Shown here piece after piece: positions 10,301 through 20,598 of a stretch of DNA of 64,000 nt. Under the pieces are notes generated by a model, which saw only the letters and a program-made list of their open reading frames with translations, was not told where the DNA came from and ran no database searches. The translations under genes were made by a program, and so were the position numbers. Source of the stretch: a virus; the IMG/VR virus record IMGVR_UViG_3300047585_000133, positions 1 through 64,000 of that record; one strand, written 5' to 3'. The first letter of the stretch is position 1. Each line of letters opens with the position of its first letter.

Positions 10301-11762
10301 GGATGCCTCCGGTCATGGTGATCTGCTGCTGCTTGAGGATGAAGCTGGTCAGGATGTAATTGCCGCTCAGCACTTCCTGCGACGGGTCGACAGCCTGGAT
10401 TCCGCCGAAGCGGAACAGCGGTGACGGCGGCGGGACGGTAGCGGCCGACTGGCTCAGCCCGCCCTGCGGGTTCCAGGCGAACAGGCTGCTTCCGTCCCAC
10501 CCGAAGCAGAACTGAAGCCGGTCTCCCCGGCTGTGCGGGAACTGCCACTGGCACAGCACGCCGCCCGACGGGATGTTCTGCGGACTGTCCGGGTCGGGAA
10601 CGGTCACCGACCAGGTCCCGGCGGAGAACGAGAGCTGGAGGCACCCGGCGTCCGCGACAATGTAGGTCCCGCTGTCGCCCGAACCGAAAGACGGCATGAT
10701 CTCGCAGGCGCCCCACCAGGGGCTGGCCGAGGTAGTCCCGGCCGCCTGGTTGGACAGGTCGAGCCATCCCGGGGCCGTCCCGAAGGAGATTCCCTGGGAG
10801 GCGGTTACCGGAAACTGGGAGCCGCCCGGGTTGAGCAGCCCGGCGGAGACCGGGTCGTCCAGCGCGGGGAAGCTGGTTCCGGCGGGCGGCGGATCGGCGG
10901 AGTAGTAGAGGTTGTAACGTACTCCGCTGGTTACGGGCTGGAGGCTGAACGCACTGACCGTCTGAGCGTTGCCTTCGGCGTCGCGGCCGTCCAGGTAGAG
11001 GTTGACGACAGAGGAGGAGCTGGGCTGCGGGGCACAGCGCCAGGTACCGCCCTGGAGCAGGTCGGCGGCCCTGTTCTCCCGCACCGCGACCTGCACCGGG
11101 GAGCCGTTGACGTCAGAGCTGGTAGTGAACGGCTGCCGCTGACTGAGCGTCACCGGGCTCCGCAGGGTCGGCGGGACCTGGTCCCGGGTGGTGACACGGC
11201 AGCCGATGTCGAGGTTCCGGCAGCCCAGCGGGTACGGTACCGGGACCCCGGCTGCGTTGCAGGGCACCGACTGCCCGGCCGGGCTGCCGGGGCGCAGGCA
11301 GTGGATGAGGATCTTGCTGGTGGTCACCGGGACGATGGGCTCGTCGTGCTTGACCCAGTGGCCGTTGCCGTAGTGGTAGGGGTTGAGCCCGGCGTTCAGC
11401 GCGGCGGGACTGTCCACCAGCGGCGGCACCGACCCGCTGGTGACGATCATGAGCTGCATGCCGCTGGGAGTAGTCAGGTACTGCCACTGGGCGCCGTCCC
11501 ACCACCAGAAGTACGCGGCGTGGGGGAAGTGCGGCAGTTCCAGGGACAGGTAGCTGACGTACCGGGCCTGGCCGAGGGAGACGGTCAGCTCCTCAGCGGT
11601 CGGGTCTCCGGCGTAGCGCGGCTGCGACGACCAGAACTTCTGCTGCGACTGGGCAGTGGAAGAAACAGGGACAACGGACGCGGCCGGGATGCCGTCGATA
11701 TAGACCTGCGCTGTCGCGGGGATCGCGAAGCCGCCCGGGGACCGGAGCGTGTTCGCAGCCAT
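7305..11762 (-). CDS. Large baseplate/minor tail protein with a C-terminal glycoside-hydrolase-like domain
   Basis: True start MAANTLRS at 11762 (ATGA overlap); WYPGDDLVDVIAPTFY recalls GH26. Confidence 0.7.
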   Translation of the reverse strand: MAANTLRSPGGFAIPATAQVYIDGIPAASVVPVSSTAQSQQKFWSSQPRYAGDPTAEELTVSLGQARYVSYLSLELPHFPHAAYFWWWDGAQWQYLTTPSGMQLMIVTSGSVPPLVDSPAALNAGLNPYHYGNGHWVKHDEPIVPVTTSKILIHCLRPGSPAGQSVPCNAAGVPVPYPLGCRNLDIGCRVTTRDQVPPTLRSPVTLSQRQPFTTSSDVNGSPVQVAVRENRAADLLQGGTWRCAPQPSSSSVVNLYLDGRDAEGNAQTVSAFSLQPVTSGVRYNLYYSADPPPAGTSFPALDDPVSAGLLNPGGSQFPVTASQGISFGTAPGWLDLSNQAAGTTSASPWWGACEIMPSFGSGDSGTYIVADAGCLQLSFSAGTWSVTVPDPDSPQNIPSGGVLCQWQFPHSRGDRLQFCFGWDGSSLFAWNPQGGLSQSAATVPPPSPLFRFGGIQAVDPSQEVLSGNYILTSFILKQQQITMTGGIPADFTAFAAGPPAYVTAPAGAPSVQNAVARFHPQWVLGAVCPWGFVGGPGASFEACNWVQVPRSFTLSAGYAEFDPVTASCWKFEFTCLQAEPYDYLQPTTAAGQYFPPQAQPTAAQASPTTPAQLDAGLAVATSIAAAFNLGDAPPPVPAPPSTGTVLPTEALYAADPLSAARMSQAGGALYGFQQWQPAQAIPAAAGPSAYQQQNVPVTGRIAYFVAVSSISMYATDYTQADDTAQYTETFANLDNVDVSEFTFGGWDLLPGTGLFTPSNLSTAGATAQSVVLSSSHAVTGLQFASVQSNPVQLLSDSDFSLPGFPDWAPVGDAMPLALSAEDSQLGTMVAVTRGGAPALSTAYVPGSWAYLETSYSSWENLETLVPEWIDFGLPPVSSSFGGIAYAGIPVAVSPGGRLYAAARVFTPVALSAPLYLQLLDGATGTVIAEAEQSVAGGSVTEWYAGFTVGQVSVSANDWTAVQGDYPDWSDLEGLAWSTPDTTVTPLGQTVTAQVIQKDSTTDTWGVDNISVFDDAITWQFSNDGGTSWQDAYDIRNNPRGALVFPAPASGQGTQLMWRVTGYRPGLVISGLVIRPWYQTWPRGIPPRPAGIGHGPNMSPADQYTSVEDDPRWQMSSGPVPDDWYFAVRQILGVSVAPNNFPAGLPLPPAAEIGAGFAWEPAEVVVLDQTWTDIYIDVYTDSYAPADGGDVYTDTFCDVYGINNPVITGTERSGAAAFSAAASVNITAIRIPLPEFGAGADLGPVSSSNSLVTAWVSGTGQQIPARRIALGNQIPASLAASDAAGDAGLRRVLFDVQPDATTTPAQLKAFLQSCQAGNLEASVSIWAGTDTAMANPADWLALLPGYVNAIRLNGYQHVLAVSNAAMTSGWLNTWYPGDDLVDVIAPTFYCSGPAPGSWAPTLAGAAAFADAHGMPLGLSSFGADHVAYSAKECEAFIAYVQKFFTGRKQAAKQNYDLIWLGTGNYSVLTAPSGVLAAWRSMAEAFD

Positions 11763-13123
11763 CAGGCGGTCGCCGCCGGGACACGGGGGCCGGAGTAGGG
11801 CGCGCACTTGACCGCGACGCTGGAGGCGGCGCGGGCGGAGACGGCGCGAGCGGGTGTCATTGCCGCCTGAGAGGCCTGGTACTGGGCGAGGGTGCCGTTC
11901 GGGAAGGAGACGGCCTGGAAGTTCTGCCCGTCGGTGATCCGGGACTGCCCGGGGATGAACCCCTGGACCGCCTGGGAGGTCACGGCGGTGATCTCCCCGG
12001 CGTAGCTGTACTGGCCGGAGCCGGACCGGGACAGCGGGGGTGCCGGCTGGACGTAGGAGCCCGCAGGGAGCTGCCCGGCGTTCACTCCCTGGTAGGAGTT
12101 CGTTACCGCCGAGTAGGCATCTGACGAGGGGTTCACCGGGGTCACGGTGTGGGTCAGCTCCCAGTTCTGGCTGTCGGCCCATGCCCCGGCGATCGGCAGC
12201 GGCACCATCGTGGCCAGGCCGCCCGGAGCGAAGCTGACGATGGAGGCGGCCGGGCGGAGTACCTCGACGACCGACAGCACCCCGAACATGTCCGCCCCCT
12301 GCTCGGCGAGCCCGGCTGCCGTTGAGGCATACTGCTTGCGGGGCTCGATAACCACCTCGGACGGGATGCCGTTGACGTTGATGTACGGCACGTAGCCTTC
12401 AAGAGCCGACCAAGTCTGCCCGATAGTGGCCGACCAGGGGGTATATGTCGCGGTGACCTCCTCCCAGGTCCGGAAAGAGGGTGACGTGTCGCTGGTGCCG
12501 AGCCGCCAGGCTTCCCATGCCTGGCAGGTAACCCCGGTGATGGCCTCGGCCAGGGCGGTCATGCCCGGCATGGTGCCGCCGAGGGTGATCGCGCGGGCGA
12601 GCTGGATGATGCGCTCGCGGAACACCGCGTCGGCCGCCTGCACCTCGTCCCAGGCGTCAGGAGAAGCCAGGTCGGTATAGGGGGACACCGGCTGGTTCGT
12701 GTTGGGATTGGCGGGCAGAGAACCCGAGGGGCCCCTCTGCGCCCCGAACAGCGCCCCGTAGAAGCTGTCCAGGTCGTAGAAATTAGTCGAGGTGATGGCC
12801 TGCTGGAGACGGGAGATCATGCTTCGCTTGAGGAGCTGCCCGGTGCCCGCATCGCCCAGCAGCGCCGCCATGAAGTGGTACAGCATGGACGTCGGGGCGA
12901 CGTCGTAGACGTTGCTCGGGAAGTTGGGAAGCTGGGCGGCTACCTGGAGGGGCGGCGACAGCAGGTTGGTGGCGGTGGAGGTGCCCGCCGGCAGCGGCTG
13001 GGTGGAGGGAGTCTGGAGTCCCAGCACCGAAGCCTGCTGCACGTTCGGGTAGCTGAACAGGTCGTTTCCGCCGTTGGTGATAACTCCGGTGCTCAGCGTG
13101 GGATCCGTCAGAACCTGGGGCAT
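11762..13123 (-). CDS. Baseplate wedge protein
   Basis: Follows baseplate J; FYDLDSFYGALFG and FRERIIQLARAITLGGT segments. Confidence 0.7.
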   Translation of the reverse strand: MPQVLTDPTLSTGVITNGGNDLFSYPNVQQASVLGLQTPSTQPLPAGTSTATNLLSPPLQVAAQLPNFPSNVYDVAPTSMLYHFMAALLGDAGTGQLLKRSMISRLQQAITSTNFYDLDSFYGALFGAQRGPSGSLPANPNTNQPVSPYTDLASPDAWDEVQAADAVFRERIIQLARAITLGGTMPGMTALAEAITGVTCQAWEAWRLGTSDTSPSFRTWEEVTATYTPWSATIGQTWSALEGYVPYINVNGIPSEVVIEPRKQYASTAAGLAEQGADMFGVLSVVEVLRPAASIVSFAPGGLATMVPLPIAGAWADSQNWELTHTVTPVNPSSDAYSAVTNSYQGVNAGQLPAGSYVQPAPPLSRSGSGQYSYAGEITAVTSQAVQGFIPGQSRITDGQNFQAVSFPNGTLAQYQASQAAMTPARAVSARAASSVAVKCAPYSGPRVPAATA

Positions 13124-14952
13124 CAGGCGTAACTCCCCATCGTGTTGTTCGCCTTCGCGACGACGACTACCCCGCCGAAGGTGGGAAGCTGCGCCGCGCC
13201 CAGGACGATATCCACCGGGTTCCCGCCGCTGTCTACGTAGCTCTGGGTGACGACTCCCTCGTAGACCTGCTGGATGCCGACATTGAAGGCATTCGGGTCG
13301 GAAGAGGACCAGGTGGAGTAGTCGGCTCCGGTCAGGAACCGCGAGGCGGTAACGCCCGTAGTGCTCTCCACCGCCTGGATCACCGAGGAGGGGTAAATAC
13401 GGCTGTTGAAGCCGAGCTGGGACAGATAGGTCTGGAGGCTGGTGTTGATCGCGGTCAGGGTAACCGACTGGGTGACGCCCGGGTCGAAGATCACGGCCAG
13501 GCTGAACTGGAGGTCCACTTCGATCCCCTGGTGGGCCAGCACGTCCTGTCCGGCCAGGCGCCAGCTCTCGAAGTTAGCCTGGATCGCGGCGGGCACGTCG
13601 TTGTAGGTGTAGTCCTCGGACAAGGTCACCGGGCTGCGGGCCGGAGGCTGGTAGGAGGCATCCCATTCGAGGCCGAAGTCCGAGTACGGGCTCCAGCCGA
13701 ACGCGCCGCTGCGGTGCACTACCTGGTAGGCGTAGGTGACGCCGCCGGACACGGCACCGAGCGGGTACTGGGGGGTGGCCTGGCCGTAGGTCACGCCGTC
13801 TACCACCAGAACGGGAGGCACGGTGAGGATCGGCCCCCACGGCAGCGCGAGGAAGACGTTCCCGGCGACCGGCAGGGTCCCGTCGGGCCGGATGAAGTCT
13901 CCGGCGTACCAGCTGGACCCGGTACTGGCCGAGAACACCGTGGCGCTGGTGTAGTTGACCGTCGTGGCAGCAGCAGCGGGACGGCTGCCGGCGCACCAGA
14001 CGTCCACCCGCGTGTAAATCCCTTCTTCGGGGGAATTCCGGGAGTAGGTGTCCATGTAGAGGAAGCTGAGGTCGATCAGCTCTCCGTTCGGGAAGTAGCT
14101 GGAGTCGATCACCGAGATACTCGGCGGGTCGTCCTGGTAGTTCCACGTGTACTGGGTGCCGGGGGCGGCCACGTTCCCGTTGTCGATATCGGTCCCGCAG
14201 ACCTGGCCGGACGGGTACGTGTACTGCGCATCTGACACGGTGGAGGTCGCCGATCCGCTGGTGACCTGGAGCTGCTCGCGGAACCGGGTGGCCCCGTCCA
14301 CCACGTTGGCGGCGGTGCAGTCCGGGTCGTTGGTAGCCAGGCCGAGAAACATCTGGCTGGTCCCGGCCATGTTCTTGAAGACGGTGGCACTCCACCTGGC
14401 CTGGAGCTGGGCGTCGGTCTCCTGGTTGGCCCCGCCGGTCAGCGCGGTGACGTTGGTGCAGGCGGTGACCTCGGCGACCGGCGTCTGGATCTGGGTGAGA
14501 GTGCCGGTGCTGACGTTTCCCTGCGGCCCGGCGGTAACTGCCTGGACGGGCGCGGCCCCCGTGAGAGCGGCCGGGTCGAGGATCGCGGCCGTCAGCGTCT
14601 GCACGACGACCGACCCGTTTTCCGAGGCGATCTGGGTGCCGACCGGGACCGAGACGGTATCGACGGCGGTACCACGAGTGAAGGAGACGGTCCCGACTGA
14701 ACGGGTAGCCGGGTAGCGTGACATACCGAAAAGCTGAACGAAAGAATCCAGCGCAGAGCCTGTCATCGAATTAATATCATATTGGTAGGAAAGCATCTGG
14801 CTGTTCAGCGATGCCGAAGAGATACTCGCAGCTACCGCGTCGATGATCTTCCTGGTGACCGACCCGACCGTGGTGTCCAGGTCGGGCTCGCTGGCGGCGA
14901 GTACCGCGATGATCTGGCTGGAGATGTCCGACTGCGAGGTAGGAGTTGTCAT
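13123..14952 (-). CDS. Baseplate J/gp47-family protein
   Basis: Start MTTPTSQ at 14952; LDSFVQLFGMSR, GPQGNV and GGANQETDAQLQAR hallmarks. Confidence 0.88.
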   Translation of the reverse strand: MTTPTSQSDISSQIIAVLAASEPDLDTTVGSVTRKIIDAVAASISSASLNSQMLSYQYDINSMTGSALDSFVQLFGMSRYPATRSVGTVSFTRGTAVDTVSVPVGTQIASENGSVVVQTLTAAILDPAALTGAAPVQAVTAGPQGNVSTGTLTQIQTPVAEVTACTNVTALTGGANQETDAQLQARWSATVFKNMAGTSQMFLGLATNDPDCTAANVVDGATRFREQLQVTSGSATSTVSDAQYTYPSGQVCGTDIDNGNVAAPGTQYTWNYQDDPPSISVIDSSYFPNGELIDLSFLYMDTYSRNSPEEGIYTRVDVWCAGSRPAAAATTVNYTSATVFSASTGSSWYAGDFIRPDGTLPVAGNVFLALPWGPILTVPPVLVVDGVTYGQATPQYPLGAVSGGVTYAYQVVHRSGAFGWSPYSDFGLEWDASYQPPARSPVTLSEDYTYNDVPAAIQANFESWRLAGQDVLAHQGIEVDLQFSLAVIFDPGVTQSVTLTAINTSLQTYLSQLGFNSRIYPSSVIQAVESTTGVTASRFLTGADYSTWSSSDPNAFNVGIQQVYEGVVTQSYVDSGGNPVDIVLGAAQLPTFGGVVVVAKANNTMGSYA

Positions 14953-15386
14953 CAGGCGGTGACCGTCCTCGACGCCTGCACCTGCGTGCCCCCCATCGTG
15001 GTAAGGGTGACGGTAACCTGCACCGCGTCCGGCCGGGTCCCCGCTGAGGCCGTGATGCTGTTGACCACGGAGATCACGTCGGCGGCGTTGAGCTGGCTCC
15101 GGGTGTTGGTCATGGACGCGGACTTGAGCACGAGCTGCTGCGCCGCCATGAGCGCGTTGAGCACCCGCTGTGCCTCTGAGGCAACCATCGCCTGGGTGCC
15201 GGAATTCTGCGGCGCACCGAGATAGCCCGTCAGCGCCGAGCCCCAGTTCGGGTTGAACGGGTCGCTTCCGTAGGGCTCGGACAAGGCGCAGGCTGTCCGC
15301 TGGCGCACGTAGTCGGCCCCGGTCACCGTAGCGAAACCGCGCCCGGAAGCGAGGAGATCGCCGCCAGTGAGCTGTAGGTCTTTCAA
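14952..15386 (-). CDS. gp25/GPW-like baseplate sheath-initiator protein
   Basis: EPYGSDPFNPNWGS motif; directly upstream of baseplate J; TTG start with GGAGG. Confidence 0.8.
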   Translation of the reverse strand: MKDLQLTGGDLLASGRGFATVTGADYVRQRTACALSEPYGSDPFNPNWGSALTGYLGAPQNSGTQAMVASEAQRVLNALMAAQQLVLKSASMTNTRSQLNAADVISVVNSITASAGTRPDAVQVTVTLTTMGGTQVQASRTVTA

Positions 15387-15422
15387 GTCCGCCTCCCTTT
15401 CTTCCGGGCCATCGGGAGAGGG

Positions 15423-17163
15423 CTAAAACCGGGAGTACGTCGAGGAAGGAGTAAGCCCCCACCTGGAACCCGTCGCCGGAAGTCACGCAGGCTGCCTCGA
15501 TCGCGAATGTTCCGGTAGATGTAAAGGCCACGGCCCCGTCGATGGTGACGACGTACACGTCCCCGCTGACCATCGTGATACCGAAAGTGGCGGCGCTCCC
15601 GGCTGCCTTCGCCCCGGCCGACCACGTATTAGCCCCTTCGGCTGCAACGAAACTGATCAGGCCGCCGGGCGATCCCGGGCCGGCCCACTGGAAGCCGAGG
15701 TCCCCGCCGTTCTGGCTGGCGACCACGTAGAGCTGCCCGTGGATCCGGTAAGTCCGCGCACCCACGGTGCTGGAGAAGACCGATCCGAAAGTGGTCGAGG
15801 TAATCGGCTGGGCGCTGGTGCTGACGAGGGAACGCCGCTGGGTGCTGTAGGCCTGCTCGTCGACCCCGTCTACCACCTGAAGGGTCCCGGCCGTCGTCGC
15901 GTAGACCGAAGCGGACCCGGACACCGCCGCCGGGGTGCCGCCGCCGGGCAGGACGATGCCTGTCTTGGTGATCTGGGAGAAGACCGCCCCGCCGAACTCG
16001 AAGACGATCTTGGCAGGAACGGTACTGTCGGCCGATTCGGAGAAGAGCTGGATCGCGGCGTCGTCGCCGCCTTCCTTGCCGGACGTCATGATCAGGCCGG
16101 CATACTCGTTGACGTCCCCGGCGTTGGTCACCGTGCCGAAGATCTGGCCGTTGAGGGTGGCGTGAGTCCGGCCGCCGGCTGTCAGCGCCAGAATGGCATC
16201 GCCGTCGGAGACGAGCAGTCCGGCGGAGGAGTTACCGCTCCCCCACACCCACAGGCCCTGCGCGTAGACGTTGCCCTCGGCGTCGATGCCGGAAGCGGCG
16301 GCTATCGAGGCGATCAGGTTGCCGGAAGCAGGAGTGCCTGAGTAGAAGAAGGAGCCGGCCGGGTTGATGACGAAGTCGGTGCCCTGGAAGACCGAGCCGG
16401 TGAAGGTGGCAGCATCGACGAAGGTGCCGTCGATGATCCCCGCGATGACGATCCCTGCCGCTATCTGCTCGGCCGTGATCGTGTTGGCGGCGATCAGCTC
16501 GGCGGTCACCGACCGGGCAGCGATCGCCTGGGTGCCCCACTGGTAGGGAGTCCACTCGACTCCGGTCCACTGGTTGAGCTGGTAACCGTCTTCGGCGTTG
16601 TACCACAGGTCCCCGTAAGAGGGATCTTCTGGTGCGGTGCCGGAGATGGTGGTGGTGACGCCGCCGATGTCGCTGGCAGTGAAGTTCACCTGGCTGGCGG
16701 CGATGTTCGCCTGAGCGGCGATCTGCGCGGCAGTGATCGCCTGGGGCGCAATGGCCTGGGACGAGAACTGGAGCGGTACCCAGGAGGTTCCGTTCCAGGT
16801 GGAGACGGAATTGCCCTCTGACGGGTTGATCCACACCTCGCCGACAGACGGGGCAGCCGGTGCGGTCGCGTTGACGATGATGCCGACGGCCTGGGCCGAG
16901 GGGAACTGCCCGGCTGAGGTCGCCACGACGGCGGAGAAGGTGTACTGTCCGGCGTCCGCCTGGGTAACCATCCAGGTTTCGCCGGGCTGCGGGAGCTGGC
17001 TCTTGCTCCGCTGGATCATCATCGGGACGGAGACCTGGGTGTTCTGCCGGTCCACGGCGACAGCGGTTTTCCCGTCCGGGCTGATCGCCTGGACGGTGAC
17101 CAGTTTGCTGGTGAACCCGACGGAGTTGGTGGACCCGTTGACCGCCTGGCGCGGCGCCGCCAT
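15423..17163 (-). CDS. Baseplate spike/minor tail protein; natural stop is out of frame (GTT TTA G)
   Basis: Start MAAPRQ at 17163; OB-fold-like N-terminus LPQPGETW; coding character ends at ...DVLPV, where TAG lies in the +1 frame. Confidence 0.7.
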
Positions 17164-19817
17164 CAGCCGCCCGCCGCCGTGGTCCCGGTGGCCGCTGTTC
17201 CCGTGGCCGCGTTCGGCAGGTTGGTCCCTGAAACGAGCCCGCCGGCGACGGGCAGGCCGATAAGCTGGCCGCCGGAGTCGTTTCCCGAGCCCGGGATGCG
17301 CGCCGGAGCGGCGATGTTGGCGGTCGTGTTGAAGTAACCGCCCTCGCCCAGCTGGAACGTGTGGGTGACGGTCGTGCAGTAAGCCTGGAAGCTGAAGTCC
17401 GGAACCTGGATCAGCATCCCGGGCCACAGCTCCGGCATGAATGTCATGGGGACGTCGGCGTCGTACTGGTAGGCCCAGCTGCGCATGAACAGGAACAGCG
17501 CGCCGAAGAACTCGCCCTGCGGGCCGACGATCCCCGACAGCTGCTCCATGTCGGGCCGGGCGCCGAACCTCTTGTAGACGTAGTCGGTGAACGTCTTGGC
17601 CGCCGCCGTCGTGGGGTCCAGGCCGAACAGCGCGTACATGATCGCCGGGATATCGATGCTGGCGATGCCCATGGTCGTCATCGCGAACAGCAGGTCCTGG
17701 GGGATCGACTGGTCCCCGGTGGAGCTGGTGATGGAGATCGAGGAGACCTGGCCGCTGCCCAGGTCGATCTGGTCCTGCGGGGCGGCGGTCACGAACTGGT
17801 GCGTCACCAGCTGCTCGTCGTCCCAGTAGACCGTGAAGTCCTGAAGTTCGATCGATTCGATCTGCATGACGGCGGCGGTCCCCCAGATGCCGTAGAAATC
17901 CGGGAACCAGGCGATCAGGTCGCCGTTGGGAGCCGAGCAGAAGGACCGCATGCAGGATCCGAACATGTTTTTGACGTACGGCAGGAGAGGACTGTCGGCC
18001 ATCAACGCGCGGGGGCCGGTAAGGATCTGCGCGATGTTCATCGCGTCGGTGTCGAAGGTCGGGATCCACGGGGAGCTGCCGAACAGCGCGTCGAACGGGT
18101 CGCTGGGGTTGTACCAGGGCTGGGTGGAGGCGGAGGTGACCTGGAGGCCGCCGTTGGCCAGCTCCGAGCTGGGCGAGACCGACGTGGTGGTGCCGGCGGA
18201 GGCGGGCGAGCCCGCCGCCATGGCCGCCCCGTTGGCCGGAACGGACTTGTAGGCCGGGGAGGTGCCCGGAGTACCCGAGTAGTCGACGTTCGGGGCCAGG
18301 CCGCCGAAAGAGAACCCGTAGGGGTTGGCGTTGCTGTAGGGCCCGGCGCTGACGACGGCGGCGTAGGTGCCGGTGGTGTGCTCCCCTACTGAGTTGGCGC
18401 CGGTCCCGCAGCTGATCTCGACGTGGGAAGAAGAACCGGGCGCGCCGTAGAACAGCAGCGCACCCGGCGTGTTGAGTGCCTGGGTGACGGAGATCTCGCT
18501 GACCCAGGTGCTCTGCTCCTCCGAGGTACGCGGGCAGCCGCCGATCGACCCGGTGGTGTGGTAGTACACCCACTGCACGAAGCTGGAGCAGTCCAGGACA
18601 GTCGGCACGGCGACGGTGTAGGCGGAGTCGTTTCCCTCCTGGTAGGGAACCGAGTAGGTGTCCACCAGGTTCAGGGCAGTGCCGAGGAGCTGCGTCCCGG
18701 TAGCCTTCCCCGTCTTGGTAGCGGAGGTAGAAGAGGTGGAGGGGACGTTGGCCAGGGACGAGGTCCCGTCAGCCGACAGCTGGGTGACGACAGCGGTGGC
18801 CATCGTCTGCCACTGGGCGTAGGGGGACCCGTCGGCGTAGGCGGACCGCTGCACCGCCTGGGCCTGCTGCGCGTCAGTCATCGTCGAGCGGTTGGACAGG
18901 GCCAGCAGGGTCTTGGTGAACGCCTGGGTCGCGTAGGTGTCGTTGGCGACCTGGGCGGCAGTCCCCCAGCCGTCGGCCGGGTTCTGCTGGAAGAGCCCGA
19001 TAGCACTGGCAGAGCTGCCCTCGTTGGCTCCCAGGCGCGACTCCTGGTAGGCGGTCATGATCGCCACGACCGCGTCGTTGGCCGTGCCGCCCATCTGCAT
19101 CACGACGTTGTAGATCAGGGTGGCCGTCTGCGCCTGGGCGGTGGTGAGCGCCACGCCGCCGTAAGTCGCGGCTTTCAGCGCGCCGGACGGGACGGTGACG
19201 CCGCCGCCGGTCACGCCGCCTACGATGCCGCCCGCGCCGAGGCTGGCGTAGAACTGCTGGGCGAGACTGTCGGCGTCGGCGGCATCCGACTGGATCTCCT
19301 GGGCGATCTTGTAGGCCCAGGCGGACCAGGCCTGCGGCATCCCGGCGATGTGGACCTTGGACGACGGCCAGCCGACGACGTTCTGGAGGACGGCGATGAT
19401 GGCGGCCGAGGTTCCGCCGTCGTCGGGATTAGCCGCACTGGCCATGGCCTGGGCGACCATCGTCTGACTGGCGGGCAGGCCCGGGTCCCAGAACCAGTAC
19501 TGGAGTCTTTTCAGCGAGCAGGAGGCGGTGATCTGCACCGAGCTTGGCCAGGCGGTGACCAGCGGGACCTGGTTCAGGTAGCCGGTGAAAACGCGGACCC
19601 AGGAGACGCGCTTCATCATCACGATGATCCGGTCGTTGGGGGTGAAGACTCCCGCGTACTTCCGGAACGGATTCTGGAGGGTGAAGCTGAAGGTGGAGAC
19701 CCCGTCGCTGCGGCGGACCATCGTGCCCTGGGTGAGGTCGTCGCTGACGTCGATGATCCCGTTGTTCTGCGTCGCTATGTAACATTTAATCCCGGGAGCG
19801 TACATAAATACGGCCAA
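17163..19817 (-). CDS. Baseplate hub/tail lysin with lysozyme-like and NlpC/P60 domains
   Basis: AYQES...GLFQQ...QAVQRSAY lysozyme-like domain; LDCSSFVQW...HVEI NlpC/P60; TTG start after GGAGG. Confidence 0.85.
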   Translation of the reverse strand: MAVFMYAPGIKCYIATQNNGIIDVSDDLTQGTMVRRSDGVSTFSFTLQNPFRKYAGVFTPNDRIIVMMKRVSWVRVFTGYLNQVPLVTAWPSSVQITASCSLKRLQYWFWDPGLPASQTMVAQAMASAANPDDGGTSAAIIAVLQNVVGWPSSKVHIAGMPQAWSAWAYKIAQEIQSDAADADSLAQQFYASLGAGGIVGGVTGGGVTVPSGALKAATYGGVALTTAQAQTATLIYNVVMQMGGTANDAVVAIMTAYQESRLGANEGSSASAIGLFQQNPADGWGTAAQVANDTYATQAFTKTLLALSNRSTMTDAQQAQAVQRSAYADGSPYAQWQTMATAVVTQLSADGTSSLANVPSTSSTSATKTGKATGTQLLGTALNLVDTYSVPYQEGNDSAYTVAVPTVLDCSSFVQWVYYHTTGSIGGCPRTSEEQSTWVSEISVTQALNTPGALLFYGAPGSSSHVEISCGTGANSVGEHTTGTYAAVVSAGPYSNANPYGFSFGGLAPNVDYSGTPGTSPAYKSVPANGAAMAAGSPASAGTTTSVSPSSELANGGLQVTSASTQPWYNPSDPFDALFGSSPWIPTFDTDAMNIAQILTGPRALMADSPLLPYVKNMFGSCMRSFCSAPNGDLIAWFPDFYGIWGTAAVMQIESIELQDFTVYWDDEQLVTHQFVTAAPQDQIDLGSGQVSSISITSSTGDQSIPQDLLFAMTTMGIASIDIPAIMYALFGLDPTTAAAKTFTDYVYKRFGARPDMEQLSGIVGPQGEFFGALFLFMRSWAYQYDADVPMTFMPELWPGMLIQVPDFSFQAYCTTVTHTFQLGEGGYFNTTANIAAPARIPGSGNDSGGQLIGLPVAGGLVSGTNLPNAATGTAATGTTAAGG

Positions 19818-19833
19818 TATCAAGCACCTCCGG

Positions 19834-20598
19834 TCACGACTGGGGAATAGCGATACCCGGAGACGAAGCAGCATCGGCCGCGTTCGTCACCCCCGGGGAC
19901 GGGTACCCGGCCGCTGCGATGGCGGCAGCGGAGGACACGCCGGGGACCAGGGCCGAGGACGTCGTGCCGGGCGCGGCGGTGAGCTGCGTGAAAGTGCTCT
20001 GCGCGGTCCCGTTGACGGCCGGAGCGGTCCCGCTGACGGGCAGGATCGTGCCGTAGTCAGTCGGTACCTGGCTCGCCTCCAGCTGGGTGGAGAACGGGTA
20101 GAAGTACTGAACGGCCGGGTCGCTGGCGTAGGCGCTGGTGGTATCGATCACCGAGCTGGTCACCACCGAAGCAGAGTTCTGCCCCGGCGACTGGGCGGCC
20201 TCGAAGACGAAGACCGGGCTGAACGCCATCATCCCGGTATGCGCGCCCCACTCGAATCCGGACAGCGGCATGCCCTGCTGATTGAAGTTCCGGACCGGAA
20301 TGAGTACCTGCATGAACGGGAAGACCGTGCGGACCGCGTTGGGGTCCAGGGCGTACTGGGCGTAGGCAGACATCCAGTTGACGAAGTCCGACCGCTCGTC
20401 CCAGCTCTTCAGCAGCACCTGGAGAGAAAACTGCTGGTTGGCGCTCCGGTGCGGGTAGTAAGCCCGGCTGATACGCGCCTGGTCCTCGGCGTACACCATG
20501 TCCACGCCGTAGCCCACGATCCCGGCCCGCACCGAGTAGGTGTAGGCCGTGGTCCCGTCGGTGTACGACAAGGTGCAGTTGAGTCCCTGTCTGGGCAT
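19834..20598 (-). CDS. Tail/baseplate structural protein
   Basis: High-GC3 ORF between tape measure and hub genes. Confidence 0.65.
   Translation of the reverse strand: MPRQGLNCTLSYTDGTTAYTYSVRAGIVGYGVDMVYAEDQARISRAYYPHRSANQQFSLQVLLKSWDERSDFVNWMSAYAQYALDPNAVRTVFPFMQVLIPVRNFNQQGMPLSGFEWGAHTGMMAFSPVFVFEAAQSPGQNSASVVTSSVIDTTSAYASDPAVQYFYPFSTQLEASQVPTDYGTILPVSGTAPAVNGTAQSTFTQLTAAPGTTSSALVPGVSSAAAIAAAGYPSPGVTNAADAASSPGIAIPQS

Noticed and set aside
17164-18573. N-terminal extension of the 1816-aa ORF (similarly the 1625-aa and 813-aa ORFs)
   Set aside because: Arg-rich alternative-frame shadows of neighbouring genes, expected at this GC content; true starts were assigned from RBS or ATGA coupling
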